From Bacillota bacterium (GTDB lineage Bacteria; Bacillota; Desulfitobacteriia; Desulfitobacteriales; JAJXUE01), in NCBI GenBank assembly GCA_021811155.1, contig JAJZPO010000001.1:1683-65682 (forward strand): a stretch of DNA of 64,000 nt. Direction: 5' to 3'. Both the position numbers and the translations under genes were made by a program. The number at the start of each line of letters is the position of its first letter. Position 1 is the stretch's first letter. Positions 8,404 through 17,852 of the stretch are shown in pieces. The notes under the pieces were generated by a model. That model was not told the DNA's origin. It did not search any database and worked only from the letters and a program-made list of their open reading frames with translations.

Positions 8404-9786
8404 ATGATTGATGAAATTCGGGTTCTTTCACCCACGGCGATTTTGGGGTATGGGTTTCCGCTTGCCTCCTTTGAGGCGGGGCTGGACCGTAACCCCCATG
8501 TGATTGCTGTGGATGCCGGTTCGACTGACCCGGGACCCTATTACCTGGGCTCAGGCCATTCCTTCACGGACCGGACTGCGGTCAAACGGGACCTGGAGGC
8601 AATGCTGGTTGCCGGTCGCAGGCTGAATATCCCGGTAATAATCGGTACGGCGGGAGGTTCCGGCGCTAACTCCCACCTGGACTGGTGCCTGGAGATTGTG
8701 CGGGAGTTGGCGACTGAACACGGGCTCAGTTTTAAGCTGGCGGTGATTGAGGCTGAAATCCCGAAACGGGAGCTGTTGCGCCGCTTCGAGCGGGGTGAAA
8801 TCAAACCCCTGCCGCCGGGCGGGGAATTGTCGCGGGAAGACCTGGAACAAAGCACCGCGGTTGTGGGACAGATGGGCATGGAGCCCTTTATCAAGGCCCT
8901 GGAAGCCGGAGCAGAGGTGATTTTGGCCGGTCGTTCCTATGATCCGGCGGTATTTGCCGCTTACCCCGTGCTCAGGGGCTTTGACCGGGCCCTGGCCCTG
9001 CACATGGGAAAAATCCTGGAGTGCGCCTCTATTGCCGCTACGCCGGGCAGCGGCAGCGACTGTATGATGGGGTACCTGGGGCGGGACCACTTCCGGCTGG
9101 AACCACTAAACCCGATGCGCAAATGCACCGTTACCTCGGTGGCGGCCCATACTCTGTATGAAAAGACCAACCCTTACCTGCTGCCTGGCCCGGGGGGGAC
9201 CCTGGACTTAAGGGAAACCACCTTTGAACAGGTGGAGGAGCGGGTGGTCAAAGTGGCGGGAAGCAAGTTTATTCCTGCTGAGCCTTACACCATCAAGTTG
9301 GAAGGGGCGAGACTGGCGGGTTACCGCACCGTGTCCATCGCCGGGGCCAGGGACCCGGTCTTCATCGCCAAAGTGGATGAAATTATCCAGGGAGTGAGGG
9401 AAAGGGTGGCTGACAATTTCCGCGCCCTGGAGGGAAAGTACCGCTTGATTTTCCGTCTCTACGGCAGAGATGGGGTCATGGGGGACCTGGAACCGCTGCT
9501 GGAACCCGCCTCCCACGAGCTGGGGATAATCATCGAAGCTGTGGCGGAAACCCAGGAGGAGGCCAACACGGTATGCAGTTTTGCCCGCTCCACCATGCTG
9601 CATTATGGCTATCCCGGCCGCATGGCCACGGCGGGCAACCTGGCTTTTCCCTATTCTCCTTCGGATTTCAAGGCGGGGGAAGTCTATCGTTTTGCTGTCC
9701 ACCACCTGTTGGAAGTCAAGAATCCCGTTGAGCTTTTCCCCATGCGCTTTGAGGATATCCCGGGGGTGCGAGGTGAAAATCGGTGA
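8404..9786 (+). CDS. AtuA-like (DUF1446 superfamily) protein, function unknown
   Basis: 460 aa. Central EPFIKALEAGAEVILAGRSYDPAVF and GKILECASIAATPGSG resemble AtuA-family signatures. SD GAGGTGA at 8390-8396. Confidence 0.6.
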   Translation: MIDEIRVLSPTAILGYGFPLASFEAGLDRNPHVIAVDAGSTDPGPYYLGSGHSFTDRTAVKRDLEAMLVAGRRLNIPVIIGTAGGSGANSHLDWCLEIVRELATEHGLSFKLAVIEAEIPKRELLRRFERGEIKPLPPGGELSREDLEQSTAVVGQMGMEPFIKALEAGAEVILAGRSYDPAVFAAYPVLRGFDRALALHMGKILECASIAATPGSGSDCMMGYLGRDHFRLEPLNPMRKCTVTSVAAHTLYEKTNPYLLPGPGGTLDLRETTFEQVEERVVKVAGSKFIPAEPYTIKLEGARLAGYRTVSIAGARDPVFIAKVDEIIQGVRERVADNFRALEGKYRLIFRLYGRDGVMGDLEPLLEPASHELGIIIEAVAETQEEANTVCSFARSTMLHYGYPGRMATAGNLAFPYSPSDFKAGEVYRFAVHHLLEVKNPVELFPMRFEDIPGVRGENR

Positions 9787-10106
9787 AAAGAGCGCTTTTG
9801 CCTGAGTTGGCGGAAGTAATCCGCAGCAAGAATGCCGGGCCCTACGAACTGACCTTTGACATCATCTTTAAGACCAGGGAAATCTTTGAGCAAGTCGCGG
9901 CGCGAAAACTGATCACACCCGAGCTGATCGCCAAACTGTACAAGATTCCGCCGGAAAGAGTGATTTCTGTAGTGGAATTTGCCCCCGCCAAGGCCATCAA
10001 GGCTACCATCGTCCGGCCCCTGGCCTGCGGCGATGTGGGGGACAGCGACGTCTACGGCGCCCAGCAGCACGCGCCCCTGCTGGGACTGGAAGTAGAGTGG
10101 GAGTAG
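9783..10106 (+). CDS. DUF4387-like small protein, partner of the AtuA-like protein
   Basis: 107 aa (LAEVIRSKNAGPYELTFDIIFK...DVYGAQQHAPLL). GTGA start/stop overlap with the preceding gene implies translational coupling. Confidence 0.6.
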   Translation: MKRALLPELAEVIRSKNAGPYELTFDIIFKTREIFEQVAARKLITPELIAKLYKIPPERVISVVEFAPAKAIKATIVRPLACGDVGDSDVYGAQQHAPLLGLEVEWE

Positions 10107-10219
10107 CAGAAGTCAGGAGTCAGGAGTCAGAATAAAGTGTCAGGGGGACTGTCCCTGTGACACTCTGGTTCATTCATCAGTGGTGCCGTGAAGCGGCATG
10201 CAAGTCTGAATTCCGACCC
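10107..10219. repeat. Composite repeat: forward heptamer array, GTGTCA palindrome, GAATGAA/GCATGCCGC module, reverse heptamer array
   Basis: CAGAAGTCAGGAGTCAGGAGTCAGAAT (10107-10133), palindrome (10136-10164), a module that is the reverse complement of 7336-7372, then AGTCTGAATTCCGACCC (10203-10219). The ends are inverted relative to each other. Confidence 0.75.
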
Positions 10220-10257
10220 TTAAGGTAAGCAAATAAGAATGCGAGGTGGCAGAAGAG

Positions 10258-11118
10258 GTGAAAACGATCCACACTGATGAGATCATCCCTGTTGTGGAGC
10301 GTCTCTGCATGGAGGCTAACTATTTCCTGGGGGATGATATGGTCGCGGCTTTGCAAAGGGCCGCCTCAGCCGAGGAAAATCCCGCAGGAGCGGCTATCCT
10401 CAGTCGGCTGGTGGAGAATGCGGAGATCGCCAGGAGTGAAGAAGCGCCCATGTGCCAGGACACGGGCATGGCGGTGATTTTTGCGGAGGTGGGCCAGGAC
10501 CTGCACATTGAGGGCATGGGACTTACCGACGCCATCAATCAGGGTGTGCGCCAGGGCTACAGCAAGGGCTACCTGCGCAAATCGGTGGTGAAAGACCCCA
10601 CCCTGAACCGGGCCAACACAGGAGATAACACCCCTGCTATCATTCACTATGACATCGTGCCGGGGGACGAACTCAAAATCACCTTGGCCCCTAAAGGATT
10701 TGGCAGTGAAAACATGGGCGGGATCAAAATGTGCAAACCTTCGGAAGGCCTGGACGGAGTCATCAATTTCGTGGTGGACACGGTTGACAAGGCCGGCGGC
10801 AATCCCTGCCCGCCAATTGTGGTGGGAGTCGGAGCAGGCGGCGACCTGGAGAAGTGCGCCATCCTGGCCAAGAAGGCCTTGCTCCGCTCCATCGGGGAGC
10901 ACAATCCCGACCCGGAATGGCGCAAGGTGGAGGAAACCATCCTGGAGAGGATCAACAAACTGGGGATAGGGCCCCAGGGGCTGGGCGGGACCCAGACCGC
11001 TCTGGCCGTGTTCATCGAGACCTATCCCACCCATATCGCCGGTATGCCCGTGGCTGTCAACATCAACTGCCATGCGGCCCGGCACAAGGAAGCCGCGCTG
11101 AAAGGGAGGGACGCCTAA
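10258..11118 (+). CDS. Class I Fe-S hydro-lyase alpha subunit (FumA N-terminal/TtdA type); mesaconase candidate
   Basis: VKTIHTDEI start matches the N-termini of this family. Contains the CQDTG Fe-S ligand motif. SD GAGGTGG at 10243-10249 then GTG 10258; track start is 10246. Confidence 0.85.
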   Translation: MKTIHTDEIIPVVERLCMEANYFLGDDMVAALQRAASAEENPAGAAILSRLVENAEIARSEEAPMCQDTGMAVIFAEVGQDLHIEGMGLTDAINQGVRQGYSKGYLRKSVVKDPTLNRANTGDNTPAIIHYDIVPGDELKITLAPKGFGSENMGGIKMCKPSEGLDGVINFVVDTVDKAGGNPCPPIVVGVGAGGDLEKCAILAKKALLRSIGEHNPDPEWRKVEETILERINKLGIGPQGLGGTQTALAVFIETYPTHIAGMPVAVNINCHAARHKEAALKGRDA

Positions 11119-11675
11119 TGGCCGGTGAGATCATGCTGCAAACTCCTCTGACCCAGGATAAGGTACAGAAGCTGAGGGCGGGGGATGCCGTTCTCATAAG
11201 CGGCACTATTTACACCGGGCGGGATGCGGCCCACAAGAAGATGGTGGAGGCCCTGGCCCGCGGGGAAGAACTGCCTTTTGATGTCAAAGACCAGATTATC
11301 TACTACGTCGGGCCCAGCCCGGAGAAGCCAGGCAAGCCCATCGGCTCCGCCGGCCCCACCACCAGCTACCGCATGGATTCCTACGCGCCGAAGCTCATCG
11401 CTCTGGGCCAGACCGGGATGCTGGGCAAAGGCTGGCGCGCACCGGAAGTTATTGAAGCCATGAAAAAATACGGCGCTGTCTACTTCGCTGCCATAGGCGG
11501 AGCCGGGGCCTACATAGCCAGATGCATCAAAGCCTCAGAGGTAATTGCTTACCCGGAACTGGGACCTGAGGCTGTGCGCAAGCTTACTGTGGAGAACCTG
11601 CCCGCCATCGTGGCGATTGACGCCCAGGGCAACAATATCTACGAGCTGGGCAAGGCCAAATACCGCAAGACATGA
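11118..11675 (+). CDS. Class I Fe-S hydro-lyase beta subunit (FumA C-terminal/TtdB type)
   Basis: MAGEIMLQTPL...ISGTIYTGRDAAHKKM...GKGWRAPEV. TAATG stop/start overlap with the alpha subunit. The upstream part of track ORF 10854-11675 is an out-of-context extension. Confidence 0.85.
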   Translation: MAGEIMLQTPLTQDKVQKLRAGDAVLISGTIYTGRDAAHKKMVEALARGEELPFDVKDQIIYYVGPSPEKPGKPIGSAGPTTSYRMDSYAPKLIALGQTGMLGKGWRAPEVIEAMKKYGAVYFAAIGGAGAYIARCIKASEVIAYPELGPEAVRKLTVENLPAIVAIDAQGNNIYELGKAKYRKT

Positions 11676-11704
11676 AGGCGGCTGAAGACAAAGTGAATAC
11701 GGAA

Positions 11705-11750
11705 AAAAGGCGGCTTAAACTGTTCCAACAAGTTTAAGCCGCCTTTTCCT
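11705..11750 (+). terminator. Rho-independent terminator (16-bp perfect stem)
   Basis: AAAAGGCGGCTTAAAC (11705-11720) pairs with GTTTAAGCCGCCTTTT (11732-11747). It lies 30 nt after the stop at 11675. Confidence 0.8.
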
Positions 11751-12065
11751 GTGTACCTTAAGAAAGCATTGACTCGGCAAATTTAGCCGTTTATATCAAA
11801 CATCCTCCAAAGGACTAGGACTCTGACAGGCATTTTCTCTGGAGTGCAGAGTGGTTAATATTAATCCTTTGTACATTTTTAATGCAGATTTAATAATCAA
11901 TATTTAAAATACAACATGGACGTATTTTCTCCATTTAACTATTTGAGCTGAAATTCGGCAATAATTGAATAAAGGCGTTTTTACTTGTACAATGCGATAT
12001 TCTGATAGGAGTTGGCTTTTTGAAATTGACGCAGACATGAAATGCGCACACGGAGTGATACTTAA

Positions 12066-13502
12066 TTGCCAATAAGAAACAGATCCAAACGAAAGAAAAT
12101 TATTTTTCTAGTTTACGCAACTGTATTCGCCTTTTTCATCTTTAAAATGTTCTTCTATGCACACTTCGTAGGCAGGTTTCCCGATGAAGTTGCACATATT
12201 TCCTACATAGCTTATTTGGAACAAGAGCATAAAATTATTCCTGATTTTAAAAGCATGACTATCTTAATCCCAAAAGAAAAAAATAACGATTTGTCAGCTG
12301 TAAAAGATATTCTTGTGTCCTACCCCGGCCCGTATATATTCGGCGAAAGTGTGAACTACCTTGGTCATCCTCCGCTCTATTATCAGCTCATGCGGTTGTC
12401 CGGAGGGGTAAAAGTTCAAAATGGGGTTGCAAGTATTGATATCTGGCGGCTCAGGTACTTTAATATGGTCCTAAGCGCTTTTGCCATGCTGCTTATTTTT
12501 TATATCGGTTATAGCCGAATTCGAGATATTCCGATTCTTCACCTGTTGTTTGCCACAATTTGTGTATCTGTGCCAATGCTCGCATATGTCTCCGCCGGGG
12601 TAAATAACGACAACCTGGCTCTGCTCGGGGTATCCTTGTCCGTCTTGGGCTTGCTGCGTTTCTCCGAACACAAACGTACTTTTTTCACTTATAGCTTGTT
12701 AAGTATTGGACTTTATATTTCTGTTATGTCCAAGCTGACAGCAGGACTCATCGTGCTGCTCGCGTTTGCATTGTACCTTGTTTTTGCGCTCATAACGGAA
12801 AAGAACCTGCGATTTCTAAAATCAAAGGAATTTCTTGTGACCCTGCCTGTCTATCTCATAGCTGCTGCTTATTTTGCGTTAGTTCATATGCAAACCGGCA
12901 GTTTTCAGCCCAGCTATCGCTTGTTGGATCTACAGGGTTACCTTGCATCCGATTTTTATGTTCCTCCTGCCAGTCGAACCCATATGGATTTCTTACAGTA
13001 TGCAAAATACTATATTGCAGCTTTCCTGGGTACGTGGACGGGTATCGCGTCCAACGTTTCCTTGTTGAAAGATGAGACAGCGCTTTATTCCCTGCCTCAA
13101 ATTGGGCTGGTTGGGCTCCTGGTTCTGCCGCTCTTGCTGAGTCTACAGTTAGGTAAAAACAGGCCCGAACGGCCGGCAGCGCTGGCGTTGTTTGCTTTCT
13201 ACCTCGGCCTGATAATTACCATGATAGTTCAATTTTTGCGCGCTTATTTGGAATACAAAAACATTTCCGGATATCTTGGGGGATATCAGTCCCGTTATTA
13301 CCTTTGCGGAATTGCCGCAATAGCGTTGGCAACTGTTTTTGCTGCCGGCAACATCTACGGCAAGGAAACGGGGAAACAAGGGCGCGGGCCGGCAAGAATC
13401 ATAAGACAAATGACCGTCCAATTTGCCGCTTTTGCCTTCGTTCTTTTACTGCTGTATGAGGATTTTGGCTTTTTTCTCAAGCATTTTACGGATTATCTTT
13501 AA
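12066..13502 (+). CDS. GT-C fold membrane glycosyltransferase (ArnT/PMT/YfhO-like)
   Basis: 478 aa and polytopic. First extracytoplasmic loop has FVGRFPDEVAHISY (acidic DE motif). TTG start behind GGAGTG. AT-rich codon usage differs from the flanking regions. Confidence 0.65.
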   Translation: MPIRNRSKRKKIIFLVYATVFAFFIFKMFFYAHFVGRFPDEVAHISYIAYLEQEHKIIPDFKSMTILIPKEKNNDLSAVKDILVSYPGPYIFGESVNYLGHPPLYYQLMRLSGGVKVQNGVASIDIWRLRYFNMVLSAFAMLLIFYIGYSRIRDIPILHLLFATICVSVPMLAYVSAGVNNDNLALLGVSLSVLGLLRFSEHKRTFFTYSLLSIGLYISVMSKLTAGLIVLLAFALYLVFALITEKNLRFLKSKEFLVTLPVYLIAAAYFALVHMQTGSFQPSYRLLDLQGYLASDFYVPPASRTHMDFLQYAKYYIAAFLGTWTGIASNVSLLKDETALYSLPQIGLVGLLVLPLLLSLQLGKNRPERPAALALFAFYLGLIITMIVQFLRAYLEYKNISGYLGGYQSRYYLCGIAAIALATVFAAGNIYGKETGKQGRGPARIIRQMTVQFAAFAFVLLLLYEDFGFFLKHFTDYL

Positions 13503-13533
13503 TCCCAAAAATAACGTTGGTGGTGCAAATTAA

Positions 13534-14589
13534 ATGAAATTGATAATTCAGATACCCTGTTACAACGAGGAAAAGACCCTGGCCCAGACATTCAATGATC
13601 TTCCCCAAGCCATATCCGGCGTTGACAGTATTGAATACCTGATTATCAATGACGGCAGCACGGACAGGACTGTACAAGTGGCCAAGAAATTGGGCATCCA
13701 ACATGTGGTTACCTTTAAGCGCAACAGAGGACTGGCCGCGGGTTTCATGGCTGGAATCGAAGCCTGTCTGCGCCTGGGAGCGGACATAATTGTAAACACT
13801 GACGCAGACAATCAGTATCGCGGCGAGGACATTGCCAGAATTGTTAAGCCAATAATTGACGGCAAGGCGGAAATTGTGGTTGGCAGCCGCCCTATTGACG
13901 AGATTGAGCACTTTTCAAGACGGAAAAAATTGCTCCAGCATCTGGGAAGTTGGGTGGTGCGGTTAGCTTCGGACACCGACATCCCCGACGCGCCCAGCGG
14001 TTTCAGGGCTTACTCCAGAGAGGCTGCCATGCGGCTTAACGTTGTAAATCAATACACCTATACCTTGGAGACCATAATACAAGCCGGGCATAACAGGATT
14101 GCCATTACCTCCGTACCCATCCGCACCAACCCTGAGACGCGCAAGTCACGCCTATTCAAGAGCACATTTGGTTATGTTAAACGCTCAGCCAGTACGATCA
14201 TTCGCGCATTTATGATGTACAAGCCCCTGCGTTTTTTTGGCATCCTGGGATCTCTCATTTTCCTAATGGGTCTCTTGATAGCGGTGCGCTTTCTGTTTCA
14301 CTACCTGTTTAGCACCGGTACGGGACATTTGCAGTCGCTTATTCTCTCGGCAGTATTGATGCTGTTAGGCTTCCAAACATTCGTTGCGGGTTTGCAGGCA
14401 GATATCATAGCGGCTAACCGCAAGCTGTTGGAGGATATTCAATACCGGGTGCGCAACCTTGACTATGCTTCCGGTACCGAAGCTGGCATGAAGAGGATAA
14501 AGAATGAGCAGAATCAATACAGCGAAAAACTATCTTACCACACGGGCCGGGGGAAAGAACGTTCTGTTCATTACCACCAAAAACATTGA
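13534..14589 (+). CDS. GT2 polyprenyl-phosphate glycosyltransferase (GtrB/CsbB/ArnC-like) with C-terminal TM helices
   Basis: IQIPCYNEE...INDGSTD...NTDADNQY (DXD) GT-A signatures, plus two C-terminal hydrophobic helices (FFGILGSLIFLMGLLIAV, LILSAVLMLLGFQTFVAGL). Confidence 0.8.
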   Translation: MKLIIQIPCYNEEKTLAQTFNDLPQAISGVDSIEYLIINDGSTDRTVQVAKKLGIQHVVTFKRNRGLAAGFMAGIEACLRLGADIIVNTDADNQYRGEDIARIVKPIIDGKAEIVVGSRPIDEIEHFSRRKKLLQHLGSWVVRLASDTDIPDAPSGFRAYSREAAMRLNVVNQYTYTLETIIQAGHNRIAITSVPIRTNPETRKSRLFKSTFGYVKRSASTIIRAFMMYKPLRFFGILGSLIFLMGLLIAVRFLFHYLFSTGTGHLQSLILSAVLMLLGFQTFVAGLQADIIAANRKLLEDIQYRVRNLDYASGTEAGMKRIKNEQNQYSEKLSYHTGRGKERSVHYHQKH

Positions 14590-15523
14590 TTACATACGAA
14601 ACACTCAGGAAATAGAGGCTCTCAGCAGCGCGAAATCCATCAAGGTTTTGGGATATCCAGATAAGGGTTATCTCTCCCGTCTCATCAAGGTTTACTTTAA
14701 GTTGATGACTTGGTCTATGAAACGGTACGATTTGGTTTATGTCGGTTTTGCCCCCCAGCTTATTATCCCTCTATTTGGCTGGCGGTTCAGGCACAAAATT
14801 GTTGTGCAGGATTTTTTCATCTCCCTCTACGATACCATGGTATGGGACCGAAAAAAGTTTAAAGACAAGGGCTTGGCCGCCAAAATTCTGGCCTGGCTGG
14901 ATAAATTCACTATTAACCGGGCAAACGCGGTGATAACTGATACCCTGGCCCACGCTGAATATTTTGTACGGGAGTTTGGTGTCGATCCTGGAAAGCTGAA
15001 GGTGCTGTACCTTGAGGCTGATCCGGTGATTTACTACCCACGTCAGGCGGTAAAACCTGTGGAATGGCAGAACAAGTTCGTAGTATTATATTTTGGCAGT
15101 GTACTCCCCCTCCAGGGAGTAGATACTGTTCTGGCGTGCGTCAAGCGGATGGAGGGTATTTCATCTGTAGTTTTTGATATTATTGGCCCGGTGGCGAAAA
15201 AAGATCTGCAGCAGTACGCAAAACTTCACAACGTCCGTTTTACTCCCTGGCTTTCCCAGGCGGACCTGGCTGAAAGGATTGCGGCGGCAGATTTGTGTCT
15301 TGCCGGCCATTTCAACAAAACTATCGCCAAAGCGTCCCGTACCATACCCGGCAAGGCGTATATATACCGCGCCATGGGCAGGCCTGTGATTTTAGGCGAT
15401 AACCCTGCCAATCGTGAACAGTTCAGCGAAGACAAGATGAATTTCTATGTTGAAATGGGCAGCGCCGGGAAGCTACAAGAAAAGATACTTTATGCCATGA
15501 GCTGTTTGGGGCTTAGTCATTAA
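14504..15523 (+). CDS. GT-B fold glycosyltransferase (family 1/4-like)
   Basis: 339 aa. NVLFITTKN first strand and a C-terminal GKAYIYRAMGRPVILGD nucleotide-sugar-binding region. ATG 14504 sits behind GAGGA. Overlaps the previous CDS by 86 nt. Confidence 0.65.
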   Translation: MSRINTAKNYLTTRAGGKNVLFITTKNIDYIRNTQEIEALSSAKSIKVLGYPDKGYLSRLIKVYFKLMTWSMKRYDLVYVGFAPQLIIPLFGWRFRHKIVVQDFFISLYDTMVWDRKKFKDKGLAAKILAWLDKFTINRANAVITDTLAHAEYFVREFGVDPGKLKVLYLEADPVIYYPRQAVKPVEWQNKFVVLYFGSVLPLQGVDTVLACVKRMEGISSVVFDIIGPVAKKDLQQYAKLHNVRFTPWLSQADLAERIAAADLCLAGHFNKTIAKASRTIPGKAYIYRAMGRPVILGDNPANREQFSEDKMNFYVEMGSAGKLQEKILYAMSCLGLSH

Positions 15524-15579
15524 ATCAAACAGTCTGTATGGCGCCGGCGTGGATAAAATCAGCAAGAAGTGAGTAGACC

Positions 15580-16500
15580 TTGAAAACTAAACTGCTTAAA
15601 TACGTTGGATACGGTGTTACAGTGGCGGCATTTGCCTTTCTGGCCAGATCCGTTGCATCAATGCATTTGGATTTTTCCCGCCTCATCAATCCCTTTGCTG
15701 CGGTAAGCTGCGGCTTAATACTCTCGCTTGGTTATGCCGGCATTGTTTACTTATCCGCTTATGCGTGGAAAATGGTTCTAGAATTCATCCGCGGGAGTAA
15801 AATCTCGTATCGGGATGTGACCGGTGTCTACATTAAGGCCAATCTGGGCAAGTATTTTCCCGGCAACGTAATGCACTTTGCAGGGCGCAACCTCCTGGCC
15901 GGTAAATTAGGATTTAAGCAGATGGATGTAACTTTCAGCAGCGCCGTTGAAGTCTTGGCCTTAATTGCGACTGCCGTCATTTGGTCTATACTTCTGGCTC
16001 TGCAGAGGTTTACTTCAATACTCGGAAATATCCTTAATAGGACAGATGCAGCGGTGTTTGGCGTAATCGCCGCTTTCTTGTTTGGAGCGGCGGTTCTGGG
16101 TTGGGCTGCCATAACAAAAGGCAGCTATCTCCAGAAATACAGGCGCTTTTTCACGCGCGGATTCCTCAAACTTCTCGGCAAGCTGTTCTCTGTCTACAGC
16201 CTGACTTTAATTATTCCGGGAATCTTTCTGGTGATGATATTCGCTCTGGTGCTTGGATTCCAGGTGACTCCGCAAAACGCTTTAGTCATAATATCGGCAT
16301 ACATCATCTCATGGGTGGCTGGGTTTATTGTCCCTGGGGCGCCAGGCGGCATGGGTGTTCGCGAGTCTGTTTTGCTCCTCGTGCTTGGACCAATGTATTC
16401 GGGTGATTTGGCGGTGTTGGCAGCAATACTTCACCGCCTGGCATCGATGTTAGGTGATGCAGCAGCCTTTCTGGTTGAATCGGGCAGACGCCCGAAGTGA
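15580..16500 (+). CDS. Flippase-like membrane protein (lysyl-PG synthase TM-region/UPF0104 family)
   Basis: 306 aa, about 8 TM segments. C-terminal VPGAPGGMGVRESVLLL motif is typical of this family. Confidence 0.6.
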   Translation: MKTKLLKYVGYGVTVAAFAFLARSVASMHLDFSRLINPFAAVSCGLILSLGYAGIVYLSAYAWKMVLEFIRGSKISYRDVTGVYIKANLGKYFPGNVMHFAGRNLLAGKLGFKQMDVTFSSAVEVLALIATAVIWSILLALQRFTSILGNILNRTDAAVFGVIAAFLFGAAVLGWAAITKGSYLQKYRRFFTRGFLKLLGKLFSVYSLTLIIPGIFLVMIFALVLGFQVTPQNALVIISAYIISWVAGFIVPGAPGGMGVRESVLLLVLGPMYSGDLAVLAAILHRLASMLGDAAAFLVESGRRPK

Positions 16501-16550
16501 AACTTAACATGAGACACCGCAGGGCATAATGAAAGGCAGGCTGGATAAAG

Positions 16551-17852
16551 ATGAAGATAGCGGTTGCTGGTACAGGGTATGTAGGGCTGGTCACAGGAGT
16601 GTGTCTGGCCTACATGGGGCATGTCGTGACATGTGTGGACACGGACGAAAGAAAAATAGCCCTGTTGCAGGCCGGTAAACCTTTGATTCATGAAGAAGGT
16701 CTGGAGCAATTGATGCTGCAGACCAGGGAGCGGCTCAGTTTTACGCCGGATTTTGCATCTGCCTACCAGGATGCGGAGGTAATTTTTATAGCCGTGGGTA
16801 CGCCGGATAAAAAGGACGGCTCAGCAAATCTCATCTATGTATACAATGCCGCAAGGCAGATCGCCGCAAACATAAAAAACGACTGCTTAGTCGTTGTCAA
16901 ATCCACAGTTCCCATAGGCACCGGCGAGATCATAGAGGCAAGATTGAAAGCCGGATTACCATGCCGGGTGCGCGTTGAAGTCGCATCAAACCCCGAGTTT
17001 CTTTCCCAGGGAACGGCGGTGCGAGAAACTCTTCACCCCTCCCGTATTGTGCTGGGGGTGGAATCCGAGCGGGCCGAGAAGCTTCTGCGCAAGGTTTATG
17101 CAGGCTTTGATGGTCCTATACTGGTTACCAGCCGTCACAGCGCTGAAATGATCAAATATGCCTCAAACAATTTTCTGGCGTTAAAGATTTCATACGTCAA
17201 CGAAATTGCCAACCTGTGTGAGGTGACCGGGGCGGACATTTCGGAAGTAACAGAGGGAATGGGTCTGGACCCGCGGATTGGGTCTCATTTTCTTAGGGCC
17301 GGGGTAGGTTATGGCGGATCCTGTTTCCCAAAGGACACAAAAGCTCTGCACTGGCTGAGCAGCATGTATAAACATGAGCTTAAGACTGTTCGCGCCGCAA
17401 TAGACGTAAATGAAAAGCAAAAAACCGTACTGATAAGGAAAGCTCATAAATACTATCCCAACTTGGCGGGGATCAATGTTGCCGTGCTTGGACTCACCTT
17501 TAAGCCGGGTACAGACGATTTGCGTGAGGCCCCTTCCCTGGCTTGCATACCTATGCTGTTGACAGAGGGAGCTTATATTCGTGCCTGGGATCCTGTCGGC
17601 AGGGCAAATTTCAGCAAATTGTACCCGCAGGGAATTACATACTGTGAGAATATAGGGGAAACACTGGACATGGCAGATATCTGTTTCATTTTTACCGAAT
17701 GGCCTGAAATAAAACAACTTGACCTGGATGAATTTACGCGACGGATGAAAAAACCTGTGGTATTGGATGGGCGCAACTGTTTCCGGCTCAGCAACGTGCG
17801 CGGTAAAGGAATATTGTACGAATCCATAGGCCGTGCCATAGTACATGGTTAA
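16551..17852 (+). CDS. ugd: UDP-glucose 6-dehydrogenase
   Basis: MKIAVAGTGYVGLVTG Rossmann N-terminus, catalytic GGSCFPKDT motif, 433 aa. Confidence 0.9.
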   Translation: MKIAVAGTGYVGLVTGVCLAYMGHVVTCVDTDERKIALLQAGKPLIHEEGLEQLMLQTRERLSFTPDFASAYQDAEVIFIAVGTPDKKDGSANLIYVYNAARQIAANIKNDCLVVVKSTVPIGTGEIIEARLKAGLPCRVRVEVASNPEFLSQGTAVRETLHPSRIVLGVESERAEKLLRKVYAGFDGPILVTSRHSAEMIKYASNNFLALKISYVNEIANLCEVTGADISEVTEGMGLDPRIGSHFLRAGVGYGGSCFPKDTKALHWLSSMYKHELKTVRAAIDVNEKQKTVLIRKAHKYYPNLAGINVAVLGLTFKPGTDDLREAPSLACIPMLLTEGAYIRAWDPVGRANFSKLYPQGITYCENIGETLDMADICFIFTEWPEIKQLDLDEFTRRMKKPVVLDGRNCFRLSNVRGKGILYESIGRAIVHG

